A DNA stretch of 62,655 bases from Acidimicrobiia bacterium (GTDB lineage Bacteria > Actinomycetota > Acidimicrobiia > Spongiisociales > JAHEDJ01). Below the pieces are notes generated by a model that saw only the letters and a program-made list of their open reading frames with translations, made no database searches and was not told the origin of the DNA. Within the stretch, counting starts at the first letter, position 1, and each line of letters starts with the position of its first letter. The position numbers and the translations under genes were made by a program. This document shows, piece by piece, positions 30,180 to 40,734 of this stretch. The stretch is taken from the NCBI GenBank assembly GCA_029210695.1, contig JARGFH010000019.1:1-62655 (forward strand). Reading direction: 5' to 3'.

Positions 30180-31178
30180 TCAGCCCTTCTCATCGGTCTG
30201 CAGCGCCAGCAGACGCTCCAGGTCTCCGTGCAATTCCAACCCGGCATTGCGACCGGTGCCGGCGAAGATCACCGATCCCGCCTCATTGGTGAGGTTGACC
30301 GTCACGCGGGACAGCATCGTTTCTCCAACCCGGTCGCTCATGTCGGTGCGAGTCGGCCCGTACAGCAGGCCGCCGGATGCGCGATCGGCTCGAATGGTGA
30401 GCCGTTTGATCCGGTCGGCGACCGTCCACTCGACGGTCTCATCGGTGAAGTGCAGGTCGACGGTCTTGGCCCCCGTGTAGGTGGCGAACTGGTGCAGCAC
30501 ACCTTCGTGGTGGAGTCCGATGATGAATCCGGGAAACGCCGAAAACAGCCAGGGGATGATGGCGATAGATCCCACGAAGCTGGTCCCCGGTTGCTCGAAG
30601 TGGTTGGACTGCATCCACACGTATCCGGCCGGGAACGCCTTGCCCCAATCCTTCTCGCCGTACCCGCGTCCACCGTCGAAATCGATCGATCGGCCGTCGA
30701 TGGCAAGCGTGCCGGCCAGCGAATGGTCGAAACTCACCAGGCCGTGATTGCACTCCATGCGCGGTGCCCACCCGTAGGGGCCCATGATGCCGAGGCGCGT
30801 GAGACTCACCGGCCACGGACGGGGCGTTCCCAGGCGAACCTCACCCTTGACCACCCGGTCGCCGTCCGCGATGTCGAGCACTACGCCCTCGCTCGAAAAA
30901 CGGCTCGGACCGATCTCGACCTCGAACCGGTCGGTGGCCGCCCGGAATTCATCGGCCGGATAACGGTGGTAGGTCGCCTGGCCGGTCGTGCCGTCGAGGA
31001 TCTGGATGAAGGCGTGATGGCGGTCCGGATCCTTGCTGAGGAAGATGCCGGGAATCACCGCATAGCGGTGGGTCTCGGTGGCGTCGACCAGTTTGAAGTA
31101 CCAGCCTTCGAAGAAGGGCGGGCGCCGCCGGTGGCCGTGGTAGCGCTCGGGATGGAACAGGGTTGGGGAGAACGACAT
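30180..31178 (-). CDS. Tocopherol cyclase-family protein
   Basis: FFEGWYFK, GIMGP, MECNHG and GYGEKDWGKAFPAGYVWMQSN. Confidence 0.88.
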   Translation of the reverse strand: MSFSPTLFHPERYHGHRRRPPFFEGWYFKLVDATETHRYAVIPGIFLSKDPDRHHAFIQILDGTTGQATYHRYPADEFRAATDRFEVEIGPSRFSSEGVVLDIADGDRVVKGEVRLGTPRPWPVSLTRLGIMGPYGWAPRMECNHGLVSFDHSLAGTLAIDGRSIDFDGGRGYGEKDWGKAFPAGYVWMQSNHFEQPGTSFVGSIAIIPWLFSAFPGFIIGLHHEGVLHQFATYTGAKTVDLHFTDETVEWTVADRIKRLTIRADRASGGLLYGPTRTDMSDRVGETMLSRVTVNLTNEAGSVIFAGTGRNAGLELHGDLERLLALQTDEKG

Positions 31179-31283
31179 GGGATCCTCAGGCGGGGGCCGG
31201 GATGGTACCCGGGACTAGCGGCTTCCTGTCGGCATGATCAGCGTTGAGCCCTGATCGTCCCGGCGCCCGGGCTGTGGCTCCGA

Positions 31284-34200
31284 CTAGGCAAGCGGAATGT
31301 CTGGGGTGCGGACGATGCCCATCCGCCGGAACGCGGCGATGGCGGCGTCGGCATGATCCTGATCGTGGCTCACATAGGCAAGTGCCTGGCGGGTGAGGGC
31401 CTCTTCATACGGCGCCTCGGCCTCATTCGCTTTCTCCAGGCTGGTCCGGAACGCCGACTCGGCCTCGGTCCGTTCCGCCTGCTGCCAGTGTGCGTAGCCG
31501 AGGATCCGGTAGAGGGCTGCTTCGAGAATGGCCACGCCGACGGTATCCCCAGCAATCGCCAGGAGCTCCCGGGTCCTTGTTTCCACTCCGGCATCGCCGG
31601 TCATGAGGAGGTTCTCCGCTCTTCGTACCTCGGTTTCGAGCACGAAGGCGGCCGCTCCGATCGCCTGGAATCCGTCCACCGCCTCCGCCAGCCATTTCTC
31701 GGCCTCGTCGTGGTTCTTCGATCGGGCCTCGACCCGGCCCAGGTTGGAGGAGGCGAGGGCGATCCCGACTCCGTAGCGGGCGCCCTGCCAGATCCGCAGA
31801 GCCTCGGTGAAGCAGCGGCGGGCGTCGTCCCACCTGCCTTGATCCGAATAGATCTCGCCCAGGTTGTTCGTCTGGGTGGCGGCCCCGACGATGTCGCCGC
31901 ACGTCTCCCTGGCTTCCTTGCTCTGCGTCCAGTATTCGAGTGCCTGATCCCATTCACCGCGGTAGTAGGAGTTCATCCCGAGGTTGTTGAGCACGTTGGC
32001 CCGCCCGATCAGATCACGGACCTCGTCGAAGGCGGCCAGTGCTCGCCGGCCTTCCTCCTCGCTTCTGGGATCGGCCAGATGGGCGTAGGCGATACAGAGG
32101 AGGTAACGGGCGTGGGCTTCCTTGTCTGGGGGAAGACCCGGCAAGTCGAGGGCTTGATGACAGCGGCGGACGCAATGGTGATAGTGCCCCTGGCGATACC
32201 GTACGCCGGCGTAGGCCAGGATCAGTTCTGCCATCTCGGCGGTGACCGCCGGCCCCGGGGTGGCCGCCTCAAGGTTCCGCATGCCCCGGGTCAGCCAGCG
32301 CAACGCCACGCTGTAGTTGCCGCTCCGTTCCCGGAGCAGACCCTGCCGGCCCAGGATTCGTCCCTGCACGACCCGGTCATTGGGGATTCGCTTCCTCGTC
32401 GCCGCAAAGGCGTCGTCGGCCTCGTCGTAGAGGCCGGCCAGTTCTGAAGCCGTCCCGAGCGCCTCCGAGACTCTCGCCAACTCGGAGACCGCCAGTCCCT
32501 CGACCCGACGGGCCGAGTCGAGCGCCTGCCGGTAGAGACCGGCTGCGTCGACGTGGGCATAATCCTCGCTGGCGTTGTCGCCTGCGATCACCGAGTATCG
32601 CCACGCCCTGGTGTGTTCCCCGGCCAGCGCGAAATGGCGAGAGAGGAGTTCGGCGCTTTCCTCTCCGAAGCGCTGCTCGAGCACTTCACCGACTCGCAGA
32701 TGCAGTTCCGCACGCAGGTGGAACGGCAAGCCTGCGTAGGCGACGTCCTGAAAGAGATTCTGTCGGAATCGAACGTCGCCGTCCCGAGTCGTCTCGACGT
32801 ACTCGGCCAGCTGCTGCCAGATGTCCGCTCGTCCGGCCTCCGGAACAGCATCTCCGATGCTGGCGGTGAGGATCCCGGGTTCGAACTGCCTACCGAGGAC
32901 AGAGGCATAGCGCAGCACCTTGCGGATGCCGGGTTCGAGCCGATCGATGCGAGCGTTGATGAGATCCTCGACGTTGGCCGGCAGCTCACCGCCTTCGATC
33001 GCCGCTTCAACGAGGCTGATCAAGAACATGGGACTGCCCCCCGATCGCTCCACGGCTTCCACCAGCCGGTGATGCGGTACCGGGCGATCCGCCGCCACGG
33101 CTCTGGCCAGTTCGAGGCCTTCGTCTGACGAGAGGGCGCCGAGTTCTATCCGCACGGCGGGTGAGTCGTCGCCTTCCGGAAGAGACCGCCCGGCCAGGCA
33201 GATAAGCCAGGGGAACTGATCGTTGGCGGCCAGCTCGATTGTCTCCCGGGAGCTGTCGTCGAGCCACTGGGCGTTGTCGAACACGATGGCAGCCGGGGCG
33301 GGGAGCAGGGCGGCGAGCAGCTCCAAAGCTGCCTGCTGGGTCCGTTCCTTGCGGAAGCGATTATCAAGCGAGTTCGCCTCGGGGGTCTCGGCAACGGTGG
33401 CTGCTATTGGAATGGCGACGAGCGGCAGCCACGGCAAGAGATCGGGGGCTTTGCTGGCGACACCGTCGCGCAGAGCGGTGCCGGCCGAGTGCGTGTCTGC
33501 GTCGTCGGAGATGCCGAGGAGGCTCCGCAGCAGCGTCCTGAGTGAGAAGTAGGGGGTCGATGCTTCGTAGCGTTCACACCCGACCTTGAACCACGCGCCC
33601 GGATCGGTGCGGGAGCGGGCCTCGCCGAGCAGGCGCGACTTGCCGACACCGGCCGGCCCGACGATCTCGAGCAGCCGGGCACCGCTCGCCGCCGCCTCGA
33701 ATTCCGCGATCACCTCTTCCAGCGGTTCGAGGCGGCCGGCGAAGGGGAGTTCGGTTCTGGTCTCGAGTTCGCGGGTGCCGCGGATCGGCCCGACCGCGAC
33801 TGCCTTGACCGGGGCCGCCTTTCCCTTGACCAGAAACGGCTCTACCGGTTCGGTGTTGAAAAGCGTTTCGGATCGTTCCAGAACTCCGGTTTCGGCGAGG
33901 ATCTGACCGGGCTCTGCCCGCCCCATGATGCGGGCGGCGAGGTTGACGGCATCCCCGATGACCGTGTAGGCGGCCCGGGTTCTGCTGCCGACGTCACCGG
34001 CGAAGAGCGTCCCGGTGTTGACCCCGATCTTCAGCCGGAGGGGAGGACTCGCCTCAACGATGGAGCGCAGCGCCCGGAGGAGGCGTTCGGTGTCGTTGTC
34101 GGTGGTCGACGGAGCACCTGCGATGAGAATCACCTTCCCGCCGTCTGCGTCGATGTCCGAGGCGAAGAAGGTGACGCCGAACTCGTCTGCGGCTGCCTGA

Positions 34201-35018
34201 ATGATGCGCACCGTTCCGTCGAGGTCCTCCCAGACGGCGTCCAGGCCCCTGGCGGCGATCATCCCATCGAGGCCCTTGAACTTGAGGAAAGCTACGACCG
34301 CCCGGCGATGCTCGCCTTCCCCGGCCGGGGTCCCCACGACCGGGCGGAGGGCGGTCGGCTGAAAGCCACCCAGGTCGGTGTTGGTGGTGGTGACGGGCCG
34401 CTCCAGAGGCGGGGCGATCGGAGAGCGGATCAGGAGGTTGCGTCCATCCGAGGTCGTGTCGAGGAGGGCAGCGTCCAAGAGCGTGCCGGCAGCCCTGCTG
34501 ACCACAATCTCGCCGGCCGCGGCGCTGCTCTCCGCATTGACGGTGGCAGAAGCATCGGGCCCAGCGACGATGAGTTCACGATGGCGGTCGCCGACCAGGA
34601 ACAGGTCGAAGCAACCGGTGTGCACGCCGACGGTCATGTTGAGGACGACCCGGCCGGTGCCGGTGTCGATCCTTCCGACCGTCTGCAGTCGCTGCTTCAT
34701 CTCGAAGGCGGCCGCCGCTCCCCGTTCGACGTCGTCGGGTCCGGTGAAAAGGAGCAGCAGTGCGTCGCCCCCGAACTTGAGCAGGTCGCCGCCCCGGCCG
34801 ATGGCGATGTCGAGCAGTTCAGAGAAGACGCTGGTGAGGGCCGCCGCCACCTCTTCGGAGCCCACCCGGCCCTTCTTGGCCAGGCGCTCGGAGAGTGCGG
34901 TGAATCCGGAGATGTCACAGAACACCATGGTGCCCGGCATGCATTGATGGCGGACACCATCGGGCCACGAAGAGAGCAAACGTGGCGTGTAGCGCTGGAA
35001 GTTCAGTGTCGCGACCAT
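31284..35018 (-). CDS. Tandem adenylate cyclase - STAND AAA ATPase - TPR protein (soluble-AC-like)
   Basis: Cyclase 1 FCDISGFT/KFGGDA, cyclase 2 YTVIGDAVNLAAR, Walker A GPAGVGKS, GGSPMF helical motif and TPR repeats with NNLG. Confidence 0.92.
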   Translation of the reverse strand: MVATLNFQRYTPRLLSSWPDGVRHQCMPGTMVFCDISGFTALSERLAKKGRVGSEEVAAALTSVFSELLDIAIGRGGDLLKFGGDALLLLFTGPDDVERGAAAAFEMKQRLQTVGRIDTGTGRVVLNMTVGVHTGCFDLFLVGDRHRELIVAGPDASATVNAESSAAAGEIVVSRAAGTLLDAALLDTTSDGRNLLIRSPIAPPLERPVTTTNTDLGGFQPTALRPVVGTPAGEGEHRRAVVAFLKFKGLDGMIAARGLDAVWEDLDGTVRIIQAAADEFGVTFFASDIDADGGKVILIAGAPSTTDNDTERLLRALRSIVEASPPLRLKIGVNTGTLFAGDVGSRTRAAYTVIGDAVNLAARIMGRAEPGQILAETGVLERSETLFNTEPVEPFLVKGKAAPVKAVAVGPIRGTRELETRTELPFAGRLEPLEEVIAEFEAAASGARLLEIVGPAGVGKSRLLGEARSRTDPGAWFKVGCERYEASTPYFSLRTLLRSLLGISDDADTHSAGTALRDGVASKAPDLLPWLPLVAIPIAATVAETPEANSLDNRFRKERTQQAALELLAALLPAPAAIVFDNAQWLDDSSRETIELAANDQFPWLICLAGRSLPEGDDSPAVRIELGALSSDEGLELARAVAADRPVPHHRLVEAVERSGGSPMFLISLVEAAIEGGELPANVEDLINARIDRLEPGIRKVLRYASVLGRQFEPGILTASIGDAVPEAGRADIWQQLAEYVETTRDGDVRFRQNLFQDVAYAGLPFHLRAELHLRVGEVLEQRFGEESAELLSRHFALAGEHTRAWRYSVIAGDNASEDYAHVDAAGLYRQALDSARRVEGLAVSELARVSEALGTASELAGLYDEADDAFAATRKRIPNDRVVQGRILGRQGLLRERSGNYSVALRWLTRGMRNLEAATPGPAVTAEMAELILAYAGVRYRQGHYHHCVRRCHQALDLPGLPPDKEAHARYLLCIAYAHLADPRSEEEGRRALAAFDEVRDLIGRANVLNNLGMNSYYRGEWDQALEYWTQSKEARETCGDIVGAATQTNNLGEIYSDQGRWDDARRCFTEALRIWQGARYGVGIALASSNLGRVEARSKNHDEAEKWLAEAVDGFQAIGAAAFVLETEVRRAENLLMTGDAGVETRTRELLAIAGDTVGVAILEAALYRILGYAHWQQAERTEAESAFRTSLEKANEAEAPYEEALTRQALAYVSHDQDHADAAIAAFRRMGIVRTPDIPLA

Positions 35019-35156
35019 CCGGGTTCCTCGGGGCGTCAGAGCGTACCTGCAATATTCTTGCAGGATCTGCTGGACACCTGGATTCCGTTTGCGGTAGGGT
35101 CTAAAGACCTTTTCTTGGCGGGATGGGTTATAAATCTAGTTCGGGAGGCGGGGATC

Positions 35157-35558
35157 GTGCGGAGTACGGGAAATCGTTGGGCTTCGATCGGGATTTCGTT
35201 CCTAATGGTGGTCGGATTGTTGGCTGCGCCTTTGTCGCCGCTGGCGGACACTGCAGCTGAAGCGCAATTCTCGACCGAATTCACAGTTTGCGATATATGT
35301 GAATTCCCGACGATTCAAGCCGCGATCAACGCAGCCGATCCGGGCGACGTGATAACGGTCGATGAGGGCACATATGTTGAGAACCTCTCCATCACCAAGA
35401 ACATAACGATTGTCGGCTCCGGAGCGAGCTCGACCATCGTTGATGGATCGGGAGGAAGTTCGTCCAATGGAACGGTGAGCGTTCCAACAGGCCCAGGACT
35501 AGGTGTAAGCGTCGATGAGGCGTCGCTCGGCGAGCCCGTATTCGAGCTTCGAGCATAA
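35157..35558 (+). pseudogene. Chimeric remnant: secreted pectin-lyase/beta-helix N-terminus joined to an enolase-superfamily C-terminus
   Basis: Signal peptide, then TIQAAINAADPGDVITVDEGTYVEN, switching abruptly near 35460 to VPTGPGLGVSVDEASLGEPVF. Lower GC than the flanks. Confidence 0.6.
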
Positions 35559-35696
35559 GGTTATGGGCTCCGTCTTGCTTCTGAGGCTTCGAGCTGTGGC
35601 GTTAATCCACCAACTAGCTCTGGATCGAGGGCGTCGGCGGATCATCTGTACGTCGGGCGGGTATTCGCGGAGTGGCCGGTTGCTCGTCGGGTCCGG

Positions 35697-36920
35697 TCAG
35701 GTGGCGTTTTCGAACAGAATCGATTCGCCTTGTCCGACACCGACACAGGCGGTGGCCAGGCCCTTGCCGATTTCGGGATTGCGGCGCATCCGATGCAGCA
35801 TCGTGGCCACCAGCCGGATGCCGCTCATGCCCAGAGGATGACCGAGGGCGATCGCTCCACCGTCGGGGTTGAGTATGTCCATCGGGATCGGCAGGTCTGA
35901 GAGCACCGCCAGTACCTGCGCAGCGAATGCTTCGTTGAGTTCGACCGTATCGAGATCTTCTACCCCCCAGCCGGCTCGCTGGAGCGCGATGCGGGTGGAC
36001 CGCACCGGACCGATGCCCATAACCGACGGGTCGACACCTGCCTGCCCGGAAGCTACCACCGTGGCCACCGGATCGAGGCTGAGCCGTTCGCATGCGGCCG
36101 CTGAGGCAAGCAGGACCGCTCCTGCCCCGTCGTTCAATGTGGAAGAGTTGCCGGCGGTCACCGACCCGCCTTCGCGGAAGGCCGGTCGAAGTCGGGCCAG
36201 CGCCTCGAGCGACGTGTCGGCGCGTGGACCCTCGTCGCGATCGACGACCACCGGGTCGCCGCGCCGCTGGGGTATTCGCACTCCAAGGACATGATCCTGA
36301 TAGCGGCCCTCATCCCAGGCAGCGAGAGCAAATTGGTGGGACCGGAGAGCGAACCGGTCTTGGGCCTCTCTGGAGATCCCGTAGCGCTGCACGAGGTTCT
36401 CGGCAGTTTCTCCCATGGCAAGGGGTGGATGCATCGCCGCCAGGCGCGGGTTGACGAACCGCCAACCGAGAGATGAGTCGTGGATCTCGGGGGGCCCTCC
36501 TGAGAAGGCCCGCTCGCCCTTGGCCATGACATAAGGGGCGCGAGTCATGGATTCCACCCCTCCGGCAATCACTACGTCGGCTTCTCCCAGGGCGATCATC
36601 CGGAATCCGTGGACGACCGCCGCCAGTCCCGAAGCGCACAGCCGATTGAGGGTGATGCCCGGCACCGTGGTCGGATACCCGGCCAACAGCAGCGCCATCC
36701 GCGCCACGTCGCGGTTGTCCTCGCCAGCCTGCCCGGCGCATCCGGCGGCCACCTCGTCGACCTCTGCCGGGTCCAGGTTGTTGCGGGCAAGGATCTCCCG
36801 GAGGGTGAGGGCTAGGAGATCGTCGGGTCGCACGGTTGCCAAAGCCCCCGCATAACGACCGATCGGGGTGCGCACCGCATCGACGACGAAGACGGGTCGT
36901 CGGCCGTCGGAGAAGGTCAT
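35697..36920 (-). CDS. Acetyl-CoA C-acyltransferase (thiolase, PcaF/PaaJ-like)
   Basis: QAGEDNR, NRLCASG, NEAFA, GHPLG and CVGVGQG. Confidence 0.95.
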   Translation of the reverse strand: MTFSDGRRPVFVVDAVRTPIGRYAGALATVRPDDLLALTLREILARNNLDPAEVDEVAAGCAGQAGEDNRDVARMALLLAGYPTTVPGITLNRLCASGLAAVVHGFRMIALGEADVVIAGGVESMTRAPYVMAKGERAFSGGPPEIHDSSLGWRFVNPRLAAMHPPLAMGETAENLVQRYGISREAQDRFALRSHQFALAAWDEGRYQDHVLGVRIPQRRGDPVVVDRDEGPRADTSLEALARLRPAFREGGSVTAGNSSTLNDGAGAVLLASAAACERLSLDPVATVVASGQAGVDPSVMGIGPVRSTRIALQRAGWGVEDLDTVELNEAFAAQVLAVLSDLPIPMDILNPDGGAIALGHPLGMSGIRLVATMLHRMRRNPEIGKGLATACVGVGQGESILFENAT

Positions 36921-37220
36921 GAGTCTGGCCGGGTGGATCGCGGTGGAACGAGGGTCACAATGCAACGATAATCGCTGATGTATTGGGATCCCAGCGGCAC
37001 CGATTTGAGTGCTTCGGCGAGGGTTGGGAACGACTCAAGGGTCCTTGATCAGTTGCGGTCGGGGCGCAATCCCCATCGCAGGTCTGGAGTCCGCCGGACG
37101 GCACCTCCTCTGCATATCACGGGCTGCTGTGCCGGCTACCCGTGGTAGCGGGCATGCCCTTCCTGCTCTGGCGGGTGACACCGCTTGCTTTGCCCACTAG
37201 CGTGCCCGTCAGGAGGGGCC

Positions 37221-40200
37221 ATGACCTGTAGTAGCTGTGGTGCGGAGAACCGTCCCGGAGCCAAGTTCTGTTCGGAATGCGGCACGCCGCAGTCACAGGC
37301 GTGCGCGTCGTGTCAGTCGCCCCTCCAGCCATCGGACAAGTTCTGCGCCGAGTGCGGTACCCCGACCGGTGGAGACGTCCCGGCCACCATGGGTCCGGAT
37401 TCGGCAACCGTCGGGGATGCTGCGACGCCCGAGGAGCGCAGGTTCGTCTCGGCGCTCTTCGTCGACCTCGTCGGGTTCACCCCGCTCACCGCGTCGCGTG
37501 ATTCCGAAGAGGTGCGCCACATGCTCACGGTCTACTTCGACCGGGCCAGGGAGGTCGTCGACCGCTTCGGTGGCGAGATCGAGAAGTACATCGGCGACGC
37601 CGTGATGGCCGTGTGGGGAGCCCACACTGCCCATGAGGACGACGCCGAGCGGGCCGTGCGAGCTGCCCTCGAGCTTGTCGATGCTGTGCATGCAGTGGGG
37701 GAGGAGCTCAACCTCCCCGATCTCCGCGCCCGGGCCGGCGTGGTCTCGGGTGAGGCGGTCGTCGGCGGAGACGGCAACGCCTCCACGGGCCTCATCGTCG
37801 GCGACACCGTCAACACCGCCTCGCGGGTCCAGTCGGCTGCCGCGCCCGGCCAGGTGCTCGTCGGGCGATCGACCAAGGATCTCGCCAGCAAGTCGATCGA
37901 GTTCGAGTCGGCCGGCTCCCTCGACCTCAAAGGGAAGGAAGGGCCCGTCGAGGCGTTCCGAGCTGTGCGGGTCGTCGCCGGGGTTGGTGGGACTCGCCGA
38001 GCCGGCGGCCTTGTTTCTCCGTTCGTGGGACGGACGGATGAACTGCGCCTCCTCAAGGACAATCTGCATTCCGTGCAGCGGGACGGCATGCTGCGCATGG
38101 TCTCGATCGTCGGCCAGGGTGGAATCGGGAAGAGCCGCCTACTCGATGAGTTGTGGAGCTACGTCGATGGCCTCAACGATGACGTGTACTGGCACCACGG
38201 CCGTTCGCTCCCGTACGGGGAGAACGCCGGGTTCTGGGCGATCGGGGAGATGGTCCGTCAACGGTGCGGGATCACCGAGGGAGACGACGAGCACAAGACG
38301 CGGACCCGACTCCGCACCGCCCTCGCCGAACTGGTTCCCGACGCTGATGACCGGGCGTGGATGGAACCGAAGCTGGAGAACCTACTCGGCATCTCTGAGG
38401 CGGTCGCCGAACGGGCGGAACTCTTCGCCGCCTGGCGGATGCTCTTCACCAACGTCACGGCCCTCGGCCCCGTCGTGATGGCGTTCGAGGACCTCCACCG
38501 CGCCGACGATGGAATGCTGGAGTTCATCGAGGATCTCGTCGAGATCGCAGCATCCGAGCCGATCCTTGTCATCTCTCTTGCCCGCCCGACGCTGCTCGAA
38601 CGGCGAGCCGGGTGGGGATCAGGGCGGGCGAGCAGCGTAAGTCTCCACCTCGCCCCTCTTCCCCCGCCGACGATGGAGGAACTGTTGCGCGGGGTCGTTA
38701 ACGACGCACCCGCCAGCCTCGTCGACCAGCTCGTGGAGCGGTCTGGCGGGATTCCGCTCTATGCCGTCGAGATGATCCGCATGCTCATCGCTCGCGAGCT
38801 CATTCGCCCACTGGACGAGCATCGATACGAGATGGCGGGCGAAGTGGGGGGCGTGGATATCCCCGATTCCCTCAGCGGCCTCGTAGGCGCCCGCCTCGAC
38901 CAGTTCGGTTCAAGCGCGAGGGCTCTCATCGCCGACGCCGCCATCTTGGGACAATCGTTCCGGGCTGAGGCGCTGGCCTCGCTCCGCGACGACCCGGTGG
39001 AGGCGCTGGAAGAGCGACTGGCAGAACTCGTCCGCAAGGAGATCCTCACTCTCAACCGCGACCCGCGCTCGCCCGAACAAGGCCAGTACCAGTTCGTGCA
39101 GTCGATCATCCGCGAGGTCGCTCATGACCGGGTGAGTCGTGCCGATCGGGTGCGACTTCACCAGCAGGTGGCCGCCTTCTACGAGTCTCAGAACGAGCCG
39201 GAGATGACCGGGATCATCGCCAGCCACTACCTCGATGCCCTCGAGGCCGCCGGGGACGGTCCCGGTGTCGACGGCCTTCTGCCGCGGGTGATCGCGAGTC
39301 TTCTGAGTGCCGCAGACCGAGCCGATCTGCTCGGCTCCTACGGCCAGGTCGTCAATCTCTGCCTGCGGGGCGTCGATCTCGCCGGCGACCCGGCCTGGCG
39401 GGGCGAGTTGCTCACCAGGGCTGCCCGCGCCGCCCACTCTGCCCTGGACGAACGAGCCCGGGACCTCGCCCAGCAGGCGGTGGCGGAGTTCGATGTCGCC
39501 GACAGCCCGCTCGGCCGCGTGAAAGCGGCGGCCGTGCGCGCCAAGCTCCTCGACGACGTCGGGGAGTCGAACGATGCCTGGCCGCCGCTGTTGGAGGCAC
39601 TCGAGGCCGACCCGGGTGAGACCCCCGATCACGTGGTCGCAATGGCCGAGCTGGCTCGGGCATTCATGCTCGATGGTCAGCCCCAGGGAATGGACTGGAC
39701 CGAGCGAGCACTCGGTGTTGCCGAGGATCTCGACATGATCCCGACCATCGCCGAACTGTGGGCGACCAAAGGTGCCGGCCTGGGCACGTCGGGCCGCCTG
39801 CGTGAGGCGCGAGTTCTCCTCTCGGCTGCGCTCGATCTCTCCCGAGAACACCAGCTGAGCGCCACCAAGCGCCGTGTCACCGCCAACCTCAACTACATTT
39901 CGGGGGGTTCCGTTGACCCGTTCGTCGAGGAGCGGATCGAGGATGCTCGCCGTATCGGCGACCCTCGCCTGCTCCTGGAAGCGCTCATGTCCAAGGCTGG
40001 GCGTTGGCACATCACCCTCGACATGGATGAGTACTTCGAGGCGATGGCCGAGATGGAGACCATCCCGATGGATGCGGCAATGGCAGACCAGGTCGAGGAA
40101 GGACGGAACGAAGTCGACCTCCTGCGAGGAGATGTGGAGAGAACGGTCGCAGCCATCGAGGAGCGCTGGGCCTCGCAGGGAACGGGCGATCAGCAGACCC

Positions 40201-40703
40201 AGGCGAATCGCCAGGTGGCGAGAGCCACGCACGCCTTCTACCGGGGCGACCCGGTGTCTGCCGTCAGGCTGGCCATGGAGAGCGGCCATCGATCGCCGGT
40301 CGGTCACCAGTACAACTTTGCGATGGTTTTCGCTCTCCGGATGGTGGATGCAGAGACGCTTCGATCGATCCGCGACGCGGAGGCCGAGCTGCCCCGGCTA
40401 CGGGTCGCCATCCTCCGTGAGCACGGCTTCGAAGGAGCGCTGGCCGCGCTCGCGGGAGACGTAGCGGAGGCCGAGGCCCGTTTTGCGGCGGCCATCGAGA
40501 TCGGCGACGAGATTTGGGGACCGATCTACTGCGGGCTGGTGCGGGCGTCGACGCCGCTCTACCTCGGCGGTGATCACCCCCGGGCCAGGGAATGGGCAGG
40601 GGAGACGCGCGCCAAATGGGAGAAGGCAGGGTTGAAAACCCTGCTCGACGTCTACGCCGAGCCGTTCGCGCTGCTCGACACGGCGGCCGCCGAGACCGCG
40701 TAG
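37221..40703 (+). CDS. Double zinc ribbon - adenylate cyclase - STAND ATPase - helical repeat protein
   Basis: Four CxxC pairs, FVDLVGFT, KYIGDA, GDTVNTASR, Walker A GQGGIGKS, Walker B FEDLH and GGIPLY. AGGAGG SD. Confidence 0.93.
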   Translation: MTCSSCGAENRPGAKFCSECGTPQSQACASCQSPLQPSDKFCAECGTPTGGDVPATMGPDSATVGDAATPEERRFVSALFVDLVGFTPLTASRDSEEVRHMLTVYFDRAREVVDRFGGEIEKYIGDAVMAVWGAHTAHEDDAERAVRAALELVDAVHAVGEELNLPDLRARAGVVSGEAVVGGDGNASTGLIVGDTVNTASRVQSAAAPGQVLVGRSTKDLASKSIEFESAGSLDLKGKEGPVEAFRAVRVVAGVGGTRRAGGLVSPFVGRTDELRLLKDNLHSVQRDGMLRMVSIVGQGGIGKSRLLDELWSYVDGLNDDVYWHHGRSLPYGENAGFWAIGEMVRQRCGITEGDDEHKTRTRLRTALAELVPDADDRAWMEPKLENLLGISEAVAERAELFAAWRMLFTNVTALGPVVMAFEDLHRADDGMLEFIEDLVEIAASEPILVISLARPTLLERRAGWGSGRASSVSLHLAPLPPPTMEELLRGVVNDAPASLVDQLVERSGGIPLYAVEMIRMLIARELIRPLDEHRYEMAGEVGGVDIPDSLSGLVGARLDQFGSSARALIADAAILGQSFRAEALASLRDDPVEALEERLAELVRKEILTLNRDPRSPEQGQYQFVQSIIREVAHDRVSRADRVRLHQQVAAFYESQNEPEMTGIIASHYLDALEAAGDGPGVDGLLPRVIASLLSAADRADLLGSYGQVVNLCLRGVDLAGDPAWRGELLTRAARAAHSALDERARDLAQQAVAEFDVADSPLGRVKAAAVRAKLLDDVGESNDAWPPLLEALEADPGETPDHVVAMAELARAFMLDGQPQGMDWTERALGVAEDLDMIPTIAELWATKGAGLGTSGRLREARVLLSAALDLSREHQLSATKRRVTANLNYISGGSVDPFVEERIEDARRIGDPRLLLEALMSKAGRWHITLDMDEYFEAMAEMETIPMDAAMADQVEEGRNEVDLLRGDVERTVAAIEERWASQGTGDQQTQANRQVARATHAFYRGDPVSAVRLAMESGHRSPVGHQYNFAMVFALRMVDAETLRSIRDAEAELPRLRVAILREHGFEGALAALAGDVAEAEARFAAAIEIGDEIWGPIYCGLVRASTPLYLGGDHPRAREWAGETRAKWEKAGLKTLLDVYAEPFALLDTAAAETA

Positions 40704-40734
40704 GGCTCAACTCGGGACGGATAGGGCTCTGCAC

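Noticed and set aside
34308..35156. First two-thirds of the 416 aa ORF 34308-35558
   Set aside because: Antisense to the cyclase gene; only the part from GTG 35157 looks coding.
31284..40703. STAND proteins as Avs-type antiphage systems
   Set aside because: Effector domains are cyclases typical of actinobacterial signalling STANDs and the neighbours are metabolic. A defence role is not supported by the sequence.
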